Shown here: positions 28,001 through 35,258 of the stretch, in pieces | Position numbering within the stretch: position 1 is the first letter of the stretch | Layout: each line of letters starts with the position of its first letter | Source of the DNA: a virus | Direction: 5' to 3' (one strand) | DNA: 64,000 bases | IMG/VR virus record: IMGVR_UViG_3300045988_050655 | Position numbers and translations under genes: made by a program | Notes under the pieces: generated by a model | Told to the model about the DNA's origin: nothing | What the model saw: only the letters and a program-made list of their open reading frames with translations | The model's database searches: none

Positions 28001-31000
28001 GCTGACTATGGCGGCTACACCAACCGAGAGAGATTGATTGTCCGTGCGGTTCGTGATGGCAAACTCCCTGAAAAGCCAAAGAAGATGGCACGCAAGAGCG
28101 GATGGTATGAAGCTGTGGCTGATATTATCCCGACCCTGACCGAGAAGAAGAATGGTGTGGCTCCTTGGATGGATATTCGATTGAAGGCTGATGGCATTGA
28201 CTGGCGAAACATTGACAAGCCATTATATGTGATGGGTAGTGCCTATGCTGACGGAAAGGTTCCTCATGCCTTCGCTGATGAACTGCTGCCTACACTCCGA
28301 ACCAAGAGCGGTGATGTGATTGTGATGCCTGATGGCAAGGTATATCGTGCCATGGGCAGAGTGCTCGCTAGAGTATCAGGAGTGAGCGATGATTACAAGA
28401 TGCCATTCTCTGAGAATCTGAGCCATACCATCATCGGCAACGGAATCCCTACTCAGTTGACCGAGCATGTTATTGCTCCTCTGCTTACTGGCTCCGACCC
28501 TAAGTTTAGCATCCGTACCTATCACGGCACTGGTGCTAGCTTTGACAAGTTCGATTTATCTCATGCCTTGGAAGGCGAGGGAAGTGAGAGCTTCGGTCAT
28601 GGTGTGTATGTTACCAACTCTAGCAAGATTGGACGTGAGTATGCCCAGAGAGCAAAGAATAGAAAGATGGAAGACCTCTATAAAAATATGCGCTACCCTG
28701 ATGGGGTGAAGGGCGATATTTTCAAGAGAAGAGTCTTTGGTGAAATGGTGAACGATGTGGCTACTGGCGGTAGTGTGGCAAGTGCCAAGGAGTTTGCCAA
28801 GAAACGTGTCGGTGCTGATGCCAATGATATTCAGCGTACCCTTGAAAACTTGAAGGATAGAGAGAAGGGAACTGAGTATGAACAGAACTTGAAGGATAGA
28901 CTTGCAGAGTATAAAGAAGGCTTGAAGTGGATTGATTCTCTTGATGAAGATTATCTTACCCAAGGGAACGCTAACAGATACGATGTGGATATTCCTGATG
29001 ATAACGGTGAAAATTACCTTGGATGGAATGAGTCTCAAAACTTCCCATTGGAAAAATGGTACAGACTATGGGAAATAACTCATGAAGGGTTTAATGAAAA
29101 CGAGTATTTCAAAGATGGTGGAGCGAGATATGATATAGATAGGATTGAGCGTATCACCCAAATGAAACTTGAATCGCCAGAGAATGGTATGCAGAGACTT
29201 CCTACATTAAAAGGTGAAGCATTGTATCATGCTTTGGAAGACTTCTTCAACCGTGAAAGACCTTCGTATGGTGCAGAATTAGCATCAAGGGCTTTGAGTG
29301 AAATAGGTTTTGTCGGTATCAAGTACCCTGCTGGAATGATTCATGGCGGTGCTGAGGAAGGAGATTACAACTATGTGATATTCGATGAGAACAATGCCAA
29401 TATCGTGGGTAATACCCGATTCTCCTTGCGCTATGACCAGTTTGAACACGACTTGAACCAGTGGAAGAAGGATAATAATCTGCCTAAGGATGCCCAGCGA
29501 CCAACCATCCCACAACGCAACGCTGGCGAGAGTGCTGCTGCATTCTTGAAGAGAGTGGATGAGTACCGCAAGCAGATGGCTCTTTGGAAGACTGCTCCAA
29601 CATACGAGCAGCATCTTCTGAGTGATGATACTGCCCTTGGAGAGTTCAACCGAGAGTTGCAGCGTGGTTCCGTGCTGAAACGTATCGCCTTCCAAGATAG
29701 TATGCTGGCTATCCGCAAGGCTCAGGAAGCTATCATGAAGGAAGTTGGTGTTGACCGCCTGAATATGGCTGAGGATGCCTATACTGCCGAGAACCGGAGT
29801 CACGGCAAGGGAAAGAATGAGTTTGAGGAGTACAATAATGAGTTCTTGCAGCCATTGAGAAAGGCTTATCACCAGATGAAGAAGATACTTGGTGATAGCT
29901 ACGATAATGTCCGTATCTACATGATGGCTAAGCATGGCTTGGAGCGTGATGCCCAGATGGCATTCAAGAAGTCACTGGATGCTGACTTTGAGGATGTGGC
30001 TCAGAGAAGTGCGGCATACAGGGCTTACAAGGGCGATATGAACCGTATTACCAATGATAGCGATTTGGAGTTTGGAAGAGTGGATTTCACTACTTGGAGG
30101 CAGAGAGATAATGCTCTCAGAACGAAATATTCTCCTTCCTATATGGACTATCGTTATGATGAGAATGGTATCGCCTACGATTATTCAGGCTTGTCGGCTC
30201 TCTTCGGTGGCTCTGACTTTGAGGAAGCTGCCCACAAACTGGTAAGGGATATTGAGAGTAGTCATGTAGCTGAGGTGCAAGACCTCTGGAATGCTACGAA
30301 TGCGGCTACCAAGAAGATTCTCCGTGATGGCTATAAGGCTGGTATGATGAGCAAAGATACTTATCAGTATGTGCGAGATATGTATAGCCATTATATTCCT
30401 CTCCGTGGCTGGGATGGCACTACTGCCGACCAAGTATGGGACTATATTGGTGGTGGCAAGGGTGCGTTCAATCAGACCTTGAAAACGGCACATGGACGAA
30501 CCTCTATTGCTGATGACCCTATCGCCTACATCGAGAATATGGCAGAAAGTGGAATCCTGCTGAACAACAAGAACTGGGTGAAGCAACACCTGATGCTCTT
30601 GGCTCAGAATCATCCAACTTCCCTGCTGACCCTGAGCAAGGCTTGGTACGTGAAGAGTACGGATGCCAACGGCAACGAGGAGTGGATTCCTGCTACACTT
30701 CAGATTACTTCTCATATGAATAGCAATCAGGTGAAGGCTGCTATTGATGCTTTCGAGCAGAAGATGGAGAATATGGCGCAGACTGGCGATGCTACCCAGC
30801 AGAGAGAAGGCTTGAATATTGCCTATCCTCAGACTCATAGCGAGGAGAGAGAACATGAGGTAAGAGTGATGAAGGATGGCGAGGAGTATATTATCTATGT
30901 GAATGGTGACCCTCAGTTGGCTCAGGCGATGAACAATACCAGAGCACACCGAGTGAGAGAAATTCAGAGCGGCAAACTGGATAGGGCTGCTGCTTGGTTG

Positions 31001-33010
31001 GGCAGAAAGATGGCTGCTGCCTATACCAGTCTTTCACCTCTCTTCATCCCTTCCAACTACTTCCGAGACCTGACCATGACGCTGGCATCTACCGCTATTC
31101 GTGAGGATGGAAAATACAACTATCTGCTCAGAAAGAATCTGGCTACCTCTTGGAATCTCGGTTTCATGTTGAGAGACTATCAGAATGGCAAGTTGAGAGA
31201 GAAGGTAAGCAACGGAAACGCTACTCCTAAGGAACAGATGTTCTATGACTTCATGATGAATGGTGGCGAGACTGGCTTTGTATCTTCACTTGATGTGGAA
31301 GACTTGAAGAAGAAATTCAAGAATGACTTGAAGGATTTGGATAGATGGAAGGCGAACCCAGTTAAGGTTGGGCACACCATCATGGATGGCATTGAGTTCC
31401 TGAACAGAGCAATCGAGGATAGTAACCGATTTGCGGTTTACATGACCTCTATTCAGTATGGACGTTCCATTGATGAGGCTGTGAATGATGCCAAGGACGT
31501 TACCCTGAACTTCAACCGCAAGGGTACTGGCGAATACGGCTGGCAGATGGTTAGAAATCTCTATCTCTTCATCAACCCAGCGGTACAGAGTTTGCAGACT
31601 CTTGGTGCGCTTGCCAAGCATCATCCTTTCAAGTTCACGGCTGTTACTGCATCATGGTTGGTGAGTGGTGTGCTGGTTCCTATCGTTAACGCTGCCCTGA
31701 TGAGTCTGTTGGGCGGTGATGATGATAAGGATAAGTACTGGCAGTTCACCAAGTGGGATAGACGAAACAACCTTATCATGTGGGTTCCTACTACTCATGA
31801 GTTCGTGAAGATTCCGCTTGCTCAGGAGTTCCGTGCTTTCTATGGAATAGGCGATATGATTGCATCCAAGATGATGGGTGGCGAGTTGGCTGAGGAGAGT
31901 TGGAGTCAGTATGCAGAAGACTTGCTCGGTCAGGTGGTGGATATGCTTCCGCTCGACCCGACTGGATATGACGGCAATATTGCGGTCAGCCTGATGCCGA
32001 ATGCTATTCGCCCAGTCTTTGAGTTGGCTTTCAATGTTGACTTCACTGGCAAGCCATTATTCAAGGAGACAGAGTATAACAAGTATGACCCGAACTTTAC
32101 CAAGGCATACGTGGGTACTCCTGATTGGTTGGTTCGTGCATCCAAGATGGTTAACTCAATCGGAAACGACTATCCTGATGTGCAGCAGAACAGCATTGAT
32201 GCTTTCGGTGACCCAAGATACAATCTGAATAACCCTGCTGTGGTTGACCATGTATTGTCTTCTTATCTCGGTGGTGCTTACACCATGGGCAGTCAGGTGC
32301 TCGGTGTTCTTACCAAGTCACTCAACGACCCGAAGGAAATCAAGGTGGCTGATATTCCATTATTCAGCAAGTTCGTCAGCAATCCTGATGATAGACCGGT
32401 TACTAAGAAACAAGGTGATGAGTTCTGGAATATGAAGGAGAACCACGACCGTGCAGCCAATACCCTGAGCAAGTTGAAGAAACAAGCTAAGGTGGATGGC
32501 GATTACTCTATGCTGGAGCGGTTCTACGGCTCAGAGGAGTATAAGCAGTATAAGCAGGATGATGTGAAGGTGAAGAAGTATGAGGAAGACAAGAAGAAGG
32601 AACGTGCTGAGGAGAGTGGGGAGGAGTATAGACCTAACAAGTTGAATGCCGAGGATATATATAAGGCTCATGCTACTCCGAAGGATGATTTCGAGGACTT
32701 GAAACTGAAACAACTCTACACTAAACTGAACGGATTCAAGACTTCCTATGACCTCTTGGTTGATACGGCTCCTAGTCAGAGCGATGCCTACTACAACACC
32801 AACAAGTCTGCCATTGATGCCATTGACGAGATTTCCCTTGATAAGCAGGAGATTTCCGAGTTGAAGAAAGGTTTCTTGGATGATGGCAAGGATGCCTACA
32901 ACGCTGAGGACATGAAACAGATTCGTGAACTGAGAAAGAAGATTCTTGCTGTACTGGAGAAGGCTAACAAGGTAGTTGTGGCTAACCAGAAGGCGAAGAC
33001 TGAGAAGTAA
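19085..33010 (+). CDS. giant polyvalent protein (4,641 aa) with zincin peptidase, C5 DNA methyltransferase and ART-like modules
   Basis: Uninterrupted 13.9-kb ATG ORF. For motif coordinates see the three domain features and the findings. Confidence 0.9.
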   Translation: MPDNVDKLFEIMQAKGAASDRGKFRKVFLTPGNKGYKIRKDIYDGLRADGIIDSPTYEDFRRKLRLGGTPTVNKYRQQMFNSVDPNKSRASELTNRAVGQAVRATNNVRKPVTAKVVNRKGKPIGEEFAITPAKTVEDLDREYAQETTKNWENELHDQMADADKDAAKISDMFKSFIGSTDEVGSVWGNMTRGGGIAGTPHSVTTNNGIMENTEARQILAAGDYNRKRRELLQLEQDSRNGAIFDNHSFFRGMYDAAKDTGFLTGGASDLINAGSLLATKQDLDNGVHTEAGDMLMQQAVKNSNAQSQYGDNQGWMYTGGVITTNMAPFMVQIGSAGFSKGMSNAIGKVVQSAASKVALGMMNKAIGLTSTHVANIIGKMTGLTTKAFGKAIQYGIVGAAQANTVGLGNVANDVINRYTGQVYQDEQGNYKFGTFDSDGNLVHEGGEDFLTALVKGEAAQTIEFATELAGGGIDAAGTALKNFVTKGGKKIINKYNMENVSKVIDFLLNNKVAKNARYLKAGADRTLGKVEVNSIVGESLEEELGIIANTVFTGDNKISDLWDEKQQSQIWGGMLLSIGLMKGAVAPFHAYNAKQYYSYKHKLDKADVNLSQLLGKEKWEELRNQIDTTTNDDMPEMVNRINRDVALGKNRQPVREYIQNLLIMRGYDIGNMLAAKKAVEDKGEGVSVKNMEKNQAYQQGRDAYGYDTHEIQLDQEDKQKSLAQLLGISEQQLASMSDEELDALSGRDDNIDRAIYDYQLSTARYEGVIDNARDQIDLEVQRAAQAVDMYTDKSRNTIRNATIKATGGLEDYGVYIINGNIATHEDGSIDISNSDDMILYYDPTTNTVEHADAMMFAELGSEENADEVRSQAMADAKEKAIKETTGIIDGVVEVGTQFKTVDADGTEHTYEVLADNGDGTAMITIDGNIPTELVKGENVNIPVSFEELQKMKDESDQQRLQAAKAQREQMEKERAEQQNQETEETQPSFDFKKILNDNGNVVLADVLDEDGNTRYPNSKLFLIRDSGAKAKVVELKSDGTLKSHAVDKKDVRTATTMSLDEYKQAMAESSMIEDNSGENRGEIEAETSIIEDAEPIGTGAFGNIYNQFKGKVKEAFNFLMSHKSGDLLGVFHRDDVGDIDLVWGNEKMGLAHILGKHVGEGKDFETPDDAIEMIENVINSGRIFQDNQNRYTLMLDGVGVGIRKSFDGEKKNWIVTAVDFNRSQEEKGIVTNPTSTSHGVTESESAAALNDSDGKDINNSANDNENNESLTFEDGTPIPVDENGETDLSQTDAAHAAEWYDNNLGEDADDWLDGEIKKAKKVLEQAQNKKVTGTKPSELVASKKEKEAAIADAQAHYDSAISIRDSLKERRIAKEENTAEGRKELIEKERRKFARLKSAVKDDAEAVAQLYKETVGSLLHRLYDGTGIDVTDTIPLTAEEYVASNLGAHSLNYEGTETSKGVKQETGLNREDFAKTQLLAADGKGTTIDNLVHSLWENRPSNLDSLGTQEIRNALLSVITSGFKASEARNYIENLRIAQAENFLEEQKKAADNAAFAEENKAESEQQTETATESEEKTGEDNSDEINDEDNEKINEQTNENINAPEVPEDATEENPLGLQLSEDKVPFEIEGGKSGETYNINDNEDRQRLINDNKVDDKDILDIDMPKHVHKAIKELCKKMGLKVQFLYMGARSNGWIENGTMYLALDTEMATQFVFGHEMTHAIKQKNPEAYKELVKVAMAVTTKKKFEEDLAKVYQNYHGISGYNNVDDYVEEVVADNLGKFINNFDLAQKFSLRLNHPVLATILHAIQKIKSLLYGDFYKSVDALERIVEKAYVDTAKGEVTNSETGEDVSFSLRQKPEPKKKGIGYKVFVLKDGKLYPPMVANPDGAATPVGVWLDADAAPIAGESKTGRPQVKQGGKGTQGGSGKLAYRPGWHLGVVPYAIQFNRKDAEGNKTLFPKNFVFAEVEYAADVDYQEEARQEGINPSGKYQHSLAGLKHLPTDGYYMYRTNPNPETDPWVITGAMKVNRILTRAEQAELVKKTGREPQQIQEGDIVTDDVVNSINQEIADAPKFSLKDPFKMSDNEKKERGDRLIKAPAINVASGVIQKTADLSARKAAEKWWNENVAKPLVFNTEVGDVEINDKSIKDSLAHRYRQPKLDAITSLPDGFGNAVYLGTMKDFTRDGDVNNHYFAYPINYDGQRNYVFCRAMQDANKNRLYVHEVFVADKINEGNTLQTTASQPHGGIALYKEILANVLSAAKIDNSSETTKENGEKFSLKDEKTLAGVHNITEEKLRKALKLGGFANPSLAVIDTNKTGHDNFGEISFIAPSALVDKRTGKTAGTWITDAYTQRYPSVEREMSEKGSQKFRDWVDSLEYPSEAKAEIKRQAEDALSNNNAPAWELMYLKEKGIDIKEYDSRIDYRWKEIIKDHPTVEDILNSMNTDPELNEKVTGLAKHIIVDPIRGKISLEVRRKIYEETGVKMSSLNPQVRKQTKEIFERDYAPSLLNKNGTPKKSDVKKVVEQMVKEHNDTKKYDFYLSKVKASNYVNKNGLYDDYIRWQENKLDEFGTKNRIFRGYTKDGSRKYVPETLENVSKAMREEADGQTNGSEYTSFGSFIAKLASRVDSTDEMRANKDKLSSNKDKEEFYEKWSDVYYDLAKFFYNDVFYGEQRLHDIVLQSDPKKYAKKEYGITLTPTFMKKLDALKNAVQTELKSAYFETKYNRPLRLNEFAAAVVPDNLGEDVRKGIENAGLPMYDYDPNKEGDRSRAFNEAINSRDNIKFSLKSMMAKPEGWKQANKKAIHIAEAIERDPKFSLKNLDGTLIKAGTYFSGGGLVEEGLKGIIDPVVAVEYDEKISGVYRNNFGQHIVTADVRDVDPRELVKLIDGEVEYFHASPVCKNYSQAKSNHAEVELDKETAASTAEFINAINPKVVTIENVKGYKDSDAMKTITDALDANGYTWDADVYNAADYGGYTNRERLIVRAVRDGKLPEKPKKMARKSGWYEAVADIIPTLTEKKNGVAPWMDIRLKADGIDWRNIDKPLYVMGSAYADGKVPHAFADELLPTLRTKSGDVIVMPDGKVYRAMGRVLARVSGVSDDYKMPFSENLSHTIIGNGIPTQLTEHVIAPLLTGSDPKFSIRTYHGTGASFDKFDLSHALEGEGSESFGHGVYVTNSSKIGREYAQRAKNRKMEDLYKNMRYPDGVKGDIFKRRVFGEMVNDVATGGSVASAKEFAKKRVGADANDIQRTLENLKDREKGTEYEQNLKDRLAEYKEGLKWIDSLDEDYLTQGNANRYDVDIPDDNGENYLGWNESQNFPLEKWYRLWEITHEGFNENEYFKDGGARYDIDRIERITQMKLESPENGMQRLPTLKGEALYHALEDFFNRERPSYGAELASRALSEIGFVGIKYPAGMIHGGAEEGDYNYVIFDENNANIVGNTRFSLRYDQFEHDLNQWKKDNNLPKDAQRPTIPQRNAGESAAAFLKRVDEYRKQMALWKTAPTYEQHLLSDDTALGEFNRELQRGSVLKRIAFQDSMLAIRKAQEAIMKEVGVDRLNMAEDAYTAENRSHGKGKNEFEEYNNEFLQPLRKAYHQMKKILGDSYDNVRIYMMAKHGLERDAQMAFKKSLDADFEDVAQRSAAYRAYKGDMNRITNDSDLEFGRVDFTTWRQRDNALRTKYSPSYMDYRYDENGIAYDYSGLSALFGGSDFEEAAHKLVRDIESSHVAEVQDLWNATNAATKKILRDGYKAGMMSKDTYQYVRDMYSHYIPLRGWDGTTADQVWDYIGGGKGAFNQTLKTAHGRTSIADDPIAYIENMAESGILLNNKNWVKQHLMLLAQNHPTSLLTLSKAWYVKSTDANGNEEWIPATLQITSHMNSNQVKAAIDAFEQKMENMAQTGDATQQREGLNIAYPQTHSEEREHEVRVMKDGEEYIIYVNGDPQLAQAMNNTRAHRVREIQSGKLDRAAAWLGRKMAAAYTSLSPLFIPSNYFRDLTMTLASTAIREDGKYNYLLRKNLATSWNLGFMLRDYQNGKLREKVSNGNATPKEQMFYDFMMNGGETGFVSSLDVEDLKKKFKNDLKDLDRWKANPVKVGHTIMDGIEFLNRAIEDSNRFAVYMTSIQYGRSIDEAVNDAKDVTLNFNRKGTGEYGWQMVRNLYLFINPAVQSLQTLGALAKHHPFKFTAVTASWLVSGVLVPIVNAALMSLLGGDDDKDKYWQFTKWDRRNNLIMWVPTTHEFVKIPLAQEFRAFYGIGDMIASKMMGGELAEESWSQYAEDLLGQVVDMLPLDPTGYDGNIAVSLMPNAIRPVFELAFNVDFTGKPLFKETEYNKYDPNFTKAYVGTPDWLVRASKMVNSIGNDYPDVQQNSIDAFGDPRYNLNNPAVVDHVLSSYLGGAYTMGSQVLGVLTKSLNDPKEIKVADIPLFSKFVSNPDDRPVTKKQGDEFWNMKENHDRAANTLSKLKKQAKVDGDYSMLERFYGSEEYKQYKQDDVKVKKYEEDKKKERAEESGEEYRPNKLNAEDIYKAHATPKDDFEDLKLKQLYTKLNGFKTSYDLLVDTAPSQSDAYYNTNKSAIDAIDEISLDKQEISELKKGFLDDGKDAYNAEDMKQIRELRKKILAVLEKANKVVVANQKAKTEK
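24062..24455 (+). other. zincin-like metallopeptidase module of the giant protein
   Basis: HExxH 'GHEMTHA' (HEMTH at 24239-24253) in a 'YLALDTEMATQFVFGHEMTHAIKQ' context. Confidence 0.7.
27572..28490 (+). other. C5 DNA methyltransferase module of the giant protein
   Basis: Motif I FSGGG 27584-27598, motif IV SPVC 27779-27790, motif VI ENV 27902-27910, motif VIII TNRER 28019-28033, motif X GNGIP 28436-28450. Confidence 0.85.
28502..29430 (+). other. ADP-ribosyltransferase-like module (ART-PolyVal/DUF3990-like) of the giant protein
   Basis: 'TYHGTGASFDKF' (YHGT 28520-28531), 'FGHGVYVT', a long helical insert, and terminal 'NYVIFD' (29369-29386). Assigned by pattern memory only. Confidence 0.5.
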
Positions 33011-33022
33011 TACATATATGAC

Positions 33023-33055
33023 TATCCCCTGAAAGTGCTGGGCTTTCGGGGGATA
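33023..33055 (+). terminator. 13-bp GC-rich hairpin after the giant gene (terminator-like, weak U-tract)
   Basis: TATCCCCTGAAAG-TGCTGGG-CTTTCGGGGGATA. Confidence 0.55.
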
Positions 33056-33175
33056 ATTGCTTTCAATCTGAAACTTTTTTCCTATTTTTCTTGTGTAAAT
33101 CTATCAATCTGTAAGTGTTTATAAAGTTTAACTATTAAAAATATCCTAAATTGTTATGCTTCCATTATTTCTTTT

Positions 33176-33183
33176 TATATTTG
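33176..33183 (+). promoter_or_regulatory. Bacteroides-type -7 box TATATTTG
   Basis: Exact TAnnTTTG match, 84 nt upstream of ATG 33267. Confidence 0.4.
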
Positions 33184-33266
33184 CGGCATCTAAGAACATC
33201 TGAATTTCAGGTGATTACATCAGCAAAAGATTATCCAATCATTATAAACTTAAAAAATGAAGGCTT

Positions 33267-33746
33267 ATGAAAAAAGATGAAGAAGACCTACGAGTCAAGA
33301 AGTTAATTGGAGAGATTACTAAACTTCTCCCCGAGCGCAGCAAGATTAAGACGGACTTGCTTTATTTCAAGTATGTGCCTATCTTGGTCATGCTTATGCG
33401 ATGGTATGGTGTATCTCAGTTCTATGACAACAAGATGGAGATTACACTATGGTATGAAGAGAATGAGGAACCTGTCTGGTTCTTTTATTTCATCACTTAT
33501 ATCCTCTACCCGATTTCTCTTTGGAAGGGTCAGGTGTTGCACAGATTGTGTGTAGAGTGGCGCATCCCGATACTCTATATCGCAGGAGTCAATGTGATAC
33601 ACATCATGTTCGGCTCTATCGTTATCACAAACAATATGTACTATTGTGATATGTTCCTGATTACACTCATTATAATTCTATATGCTTATGTCGCAATTAG
33701 TAAATTACAGCATCATCGAAGCTGGACTTCGTGCTCTTGCAGATAA
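33267..33746 (+). CDS. integral membrane protein (159 aa)
   Basis: Several hydrophobic segments. ATG start. Confidence 0.5.
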   Translation: MKKDEEDLRVKKLIGEITKLLPERSKIKTDLLYFKYVPILVMLMRWYGVSQFYDNKMEITLWYEENEEPVWFFYFITYILYPISLWKGQVLHRLCVEWRIPILYIAGVNVIHIMFGSIVITNNMYYCDMFLITLIIILYAYVAISKLQHHRSWTSCSCR

Positions 33747-34059
33747 GGCGCATGAATCAGCAGTTGCCCAAGCGGAAGGCAAACCTATCCCTTGCGGTTT
33801 ATCAGAGAACGATATGGAACTGGTGGCACTTCTTACTGCCATGATGAATGATACGCAAGCCAACAAGGGATGGTGTGCTCACGAAATGGGAAAGTCTATC
33901 TCATCCTTTGAAAAGTATGTTCACGATGGCAAGATACCCGAAGGCATCCATGACCAGTTCGGGCATGAAAAGAAGTGGAATAAGTCGCTCATCCGATACT
34001 TTGCCAACAAGAAGGCATTCTTCCACAAGCTATCACGAAAGTACGGCATCCACCTTTAG
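33682..34059 (+). CDS. hypothetical protein (125 aa)
   Basis: ATG ORF overlapping the previous gene by 65 nt. An internal ATG at 33814 is an alternative start. Confidence 0.4.
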   Translation: MLMSQLVNYSIIEAGLRALADKAHESAVAQAEGKPIPCGLSENDMELVALLTAMMNDTQANKGWCAHEMGKSISSFEKYVHDGKIPEGIHDQFGHEKKWNKSLIRYFANKKAFFHKLSRKYGIHL

Positions 34060-34168
34060 CAATCGCTACACATTATATATATAGGAGAGACACAATCGCC
34101 CCTCCTGTATATTTATGACCTTTTCCGTAACTATAAATCTTTGTTCATCAAGCACTTATATAATCTTT

Positions 34169-34209
34169 TACGAGTTTATCTATCTCTATCCATATTATTC
34201 GTATCTTTG
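34169..34209 (+). promoter_or_regulatory. second-class promoter: TACGAGTTTAT-N22-TATCTTTG
   Basis: The identical 11-mer and spacing recur at 53528-53568. Confidence 0.5.
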
Positions 34210-34273
34210 TGCTCGTAACGTTACAAAGTGAGAATCATAATTTAGTGTTTAACAAAAAAGATTTCAGGATAAT

Positions 34274-35242
34274 ATGGAAAGTAAAACGTATGTATTCGGA
34301 AACGAAGGCTCAACATCTAACAATGGGATGCTCGGTCTTCTTGCGCCTCTGCTCCAGAAGCAGGGTGTTGACCCAAATGTCCTTCTTGCCATGAAGGGAA
34401 ACAATGGTTTCGGTGGTGAAGGTGGATGGTTCATGTGGGTAATCTTCCTTTTCTTCCTCATGGGCTGGGGAGGTAACGGCTGGGGAGGTTTCGGCAATAA
34501 TGGTCGTGGTGGTCTCGCAAGCGAGATTAACAATGACTATGGTCGTGGTCTCCTGATGGATGCCATCGGTGGCAACCGCAATGCACTCAGCAATTTGGCT
34601 ACTCAGTTGAACTGCACCGAAGGTCAGATTCAGAGTGCCATTTCTGCCTTGACCTCTCAGGTACAGAGTGTAGGTAATCAGGTTGGTATGAGTGGCATGC
34701 AGACCATCAATGCTTTGCAGCAGGGTAATATGCAGATTGCTCAGCAGATTGCAAACTGCTGCTGCCAGACTAATAACAACATCACTACTCAGGGTTATGA
34801 GAGCAAGTTGGCTATCTGCCAGCAGACTCATGCCATCAACGACAATGCCAATGCCAACGCATTGATGTTGCGTGACACCAACCAGTCTAACCATCTTGCC
34901 TTGATGGGTAAACTCGACCAGATGCAGACTCAGGCAATGCAGGACAAACTTGATGCACTTCGTGAGAAGAATAGTGCTCTTGTGGCACAGATTTCCAACG
35001 AGCATCAGACTCAGGCTTTGCAGGCATACCAAGCACAGATTATCACTCCAGTGAATGCTGCCCTTGCAGCCTTGCAAGCAGAGGTAGCTGGCATCAAGTG
35101 CAAGTTGCCTAATACCGTATCTGTACCATATCCTCAGTTGAAGACCTACAACCCAGAGGTGTTCCAAGCAGCTGCTATGGGAGCATACGCTGGTGATGTA
35201 GCAGCAGCCAACGCAGCATCAACCGTAGGTTGTGGTTGTTAA
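34274..35242 (+). CDS. hypothetical virion-module protein (G/W-rich TM segment, Q/N/A-rich coiled coil, C-terminal GCGC)
   Basis: ATG lies 65 nt behind the promoter. The antisense 285-aa ORF is judged a shadow. Confidence 0.6.
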   Translation: MESKTYVFGNEGSTSNNGMLGLLAPLLQKQGVDPNVLLAMKGNNGFGGEGGWFMWVIFLFFLMGWGGNGWGGFGNNGRGGLASEINNDYGRGLLMDAIGGNRNALSNLATQLNCTEGQIQSAISALTSQVQSVGNQVGMSGMQTINALQQGNMQIAQQIANCCCQTNNNITTQGYESKLAICQQTHAINDNANANALMLRDTNQSNHLALMGKLDQMQTQAMQDKLDALREKNSALVAQISNEHQTQALQAYQAQIITPVNAALAALQAEVAGIKCKLPNTVSVPYPQLKTYNPEVFQAAAMGAYAGDVAAANAASTVGCGC

Positions 35243-35258
35243 AGGAAAGGAGGTAACT

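Noticed and set aside
19355-32713. Numerous 60-250-aa minus-strand and off-frame ORFs inside the giant gene
   Set aside because: All are nested in a 13.9-kb uninterrupted sense ORF with multiple verified domain motifs. They have biased, repetitive translations typical of shadow frames.
19085-33010. crAss-like virion-packaged RNA polymerase as the identity of the giant ORF
   Set aside because: I could not find a DxDGD-type catalytic loop or double-psi beta-barrel signatures. The recognisable motifs are peptidase, MTase and ART-like, which fits a polyvalent effector protein instead. No stop-codon reassignment is evident in the window.
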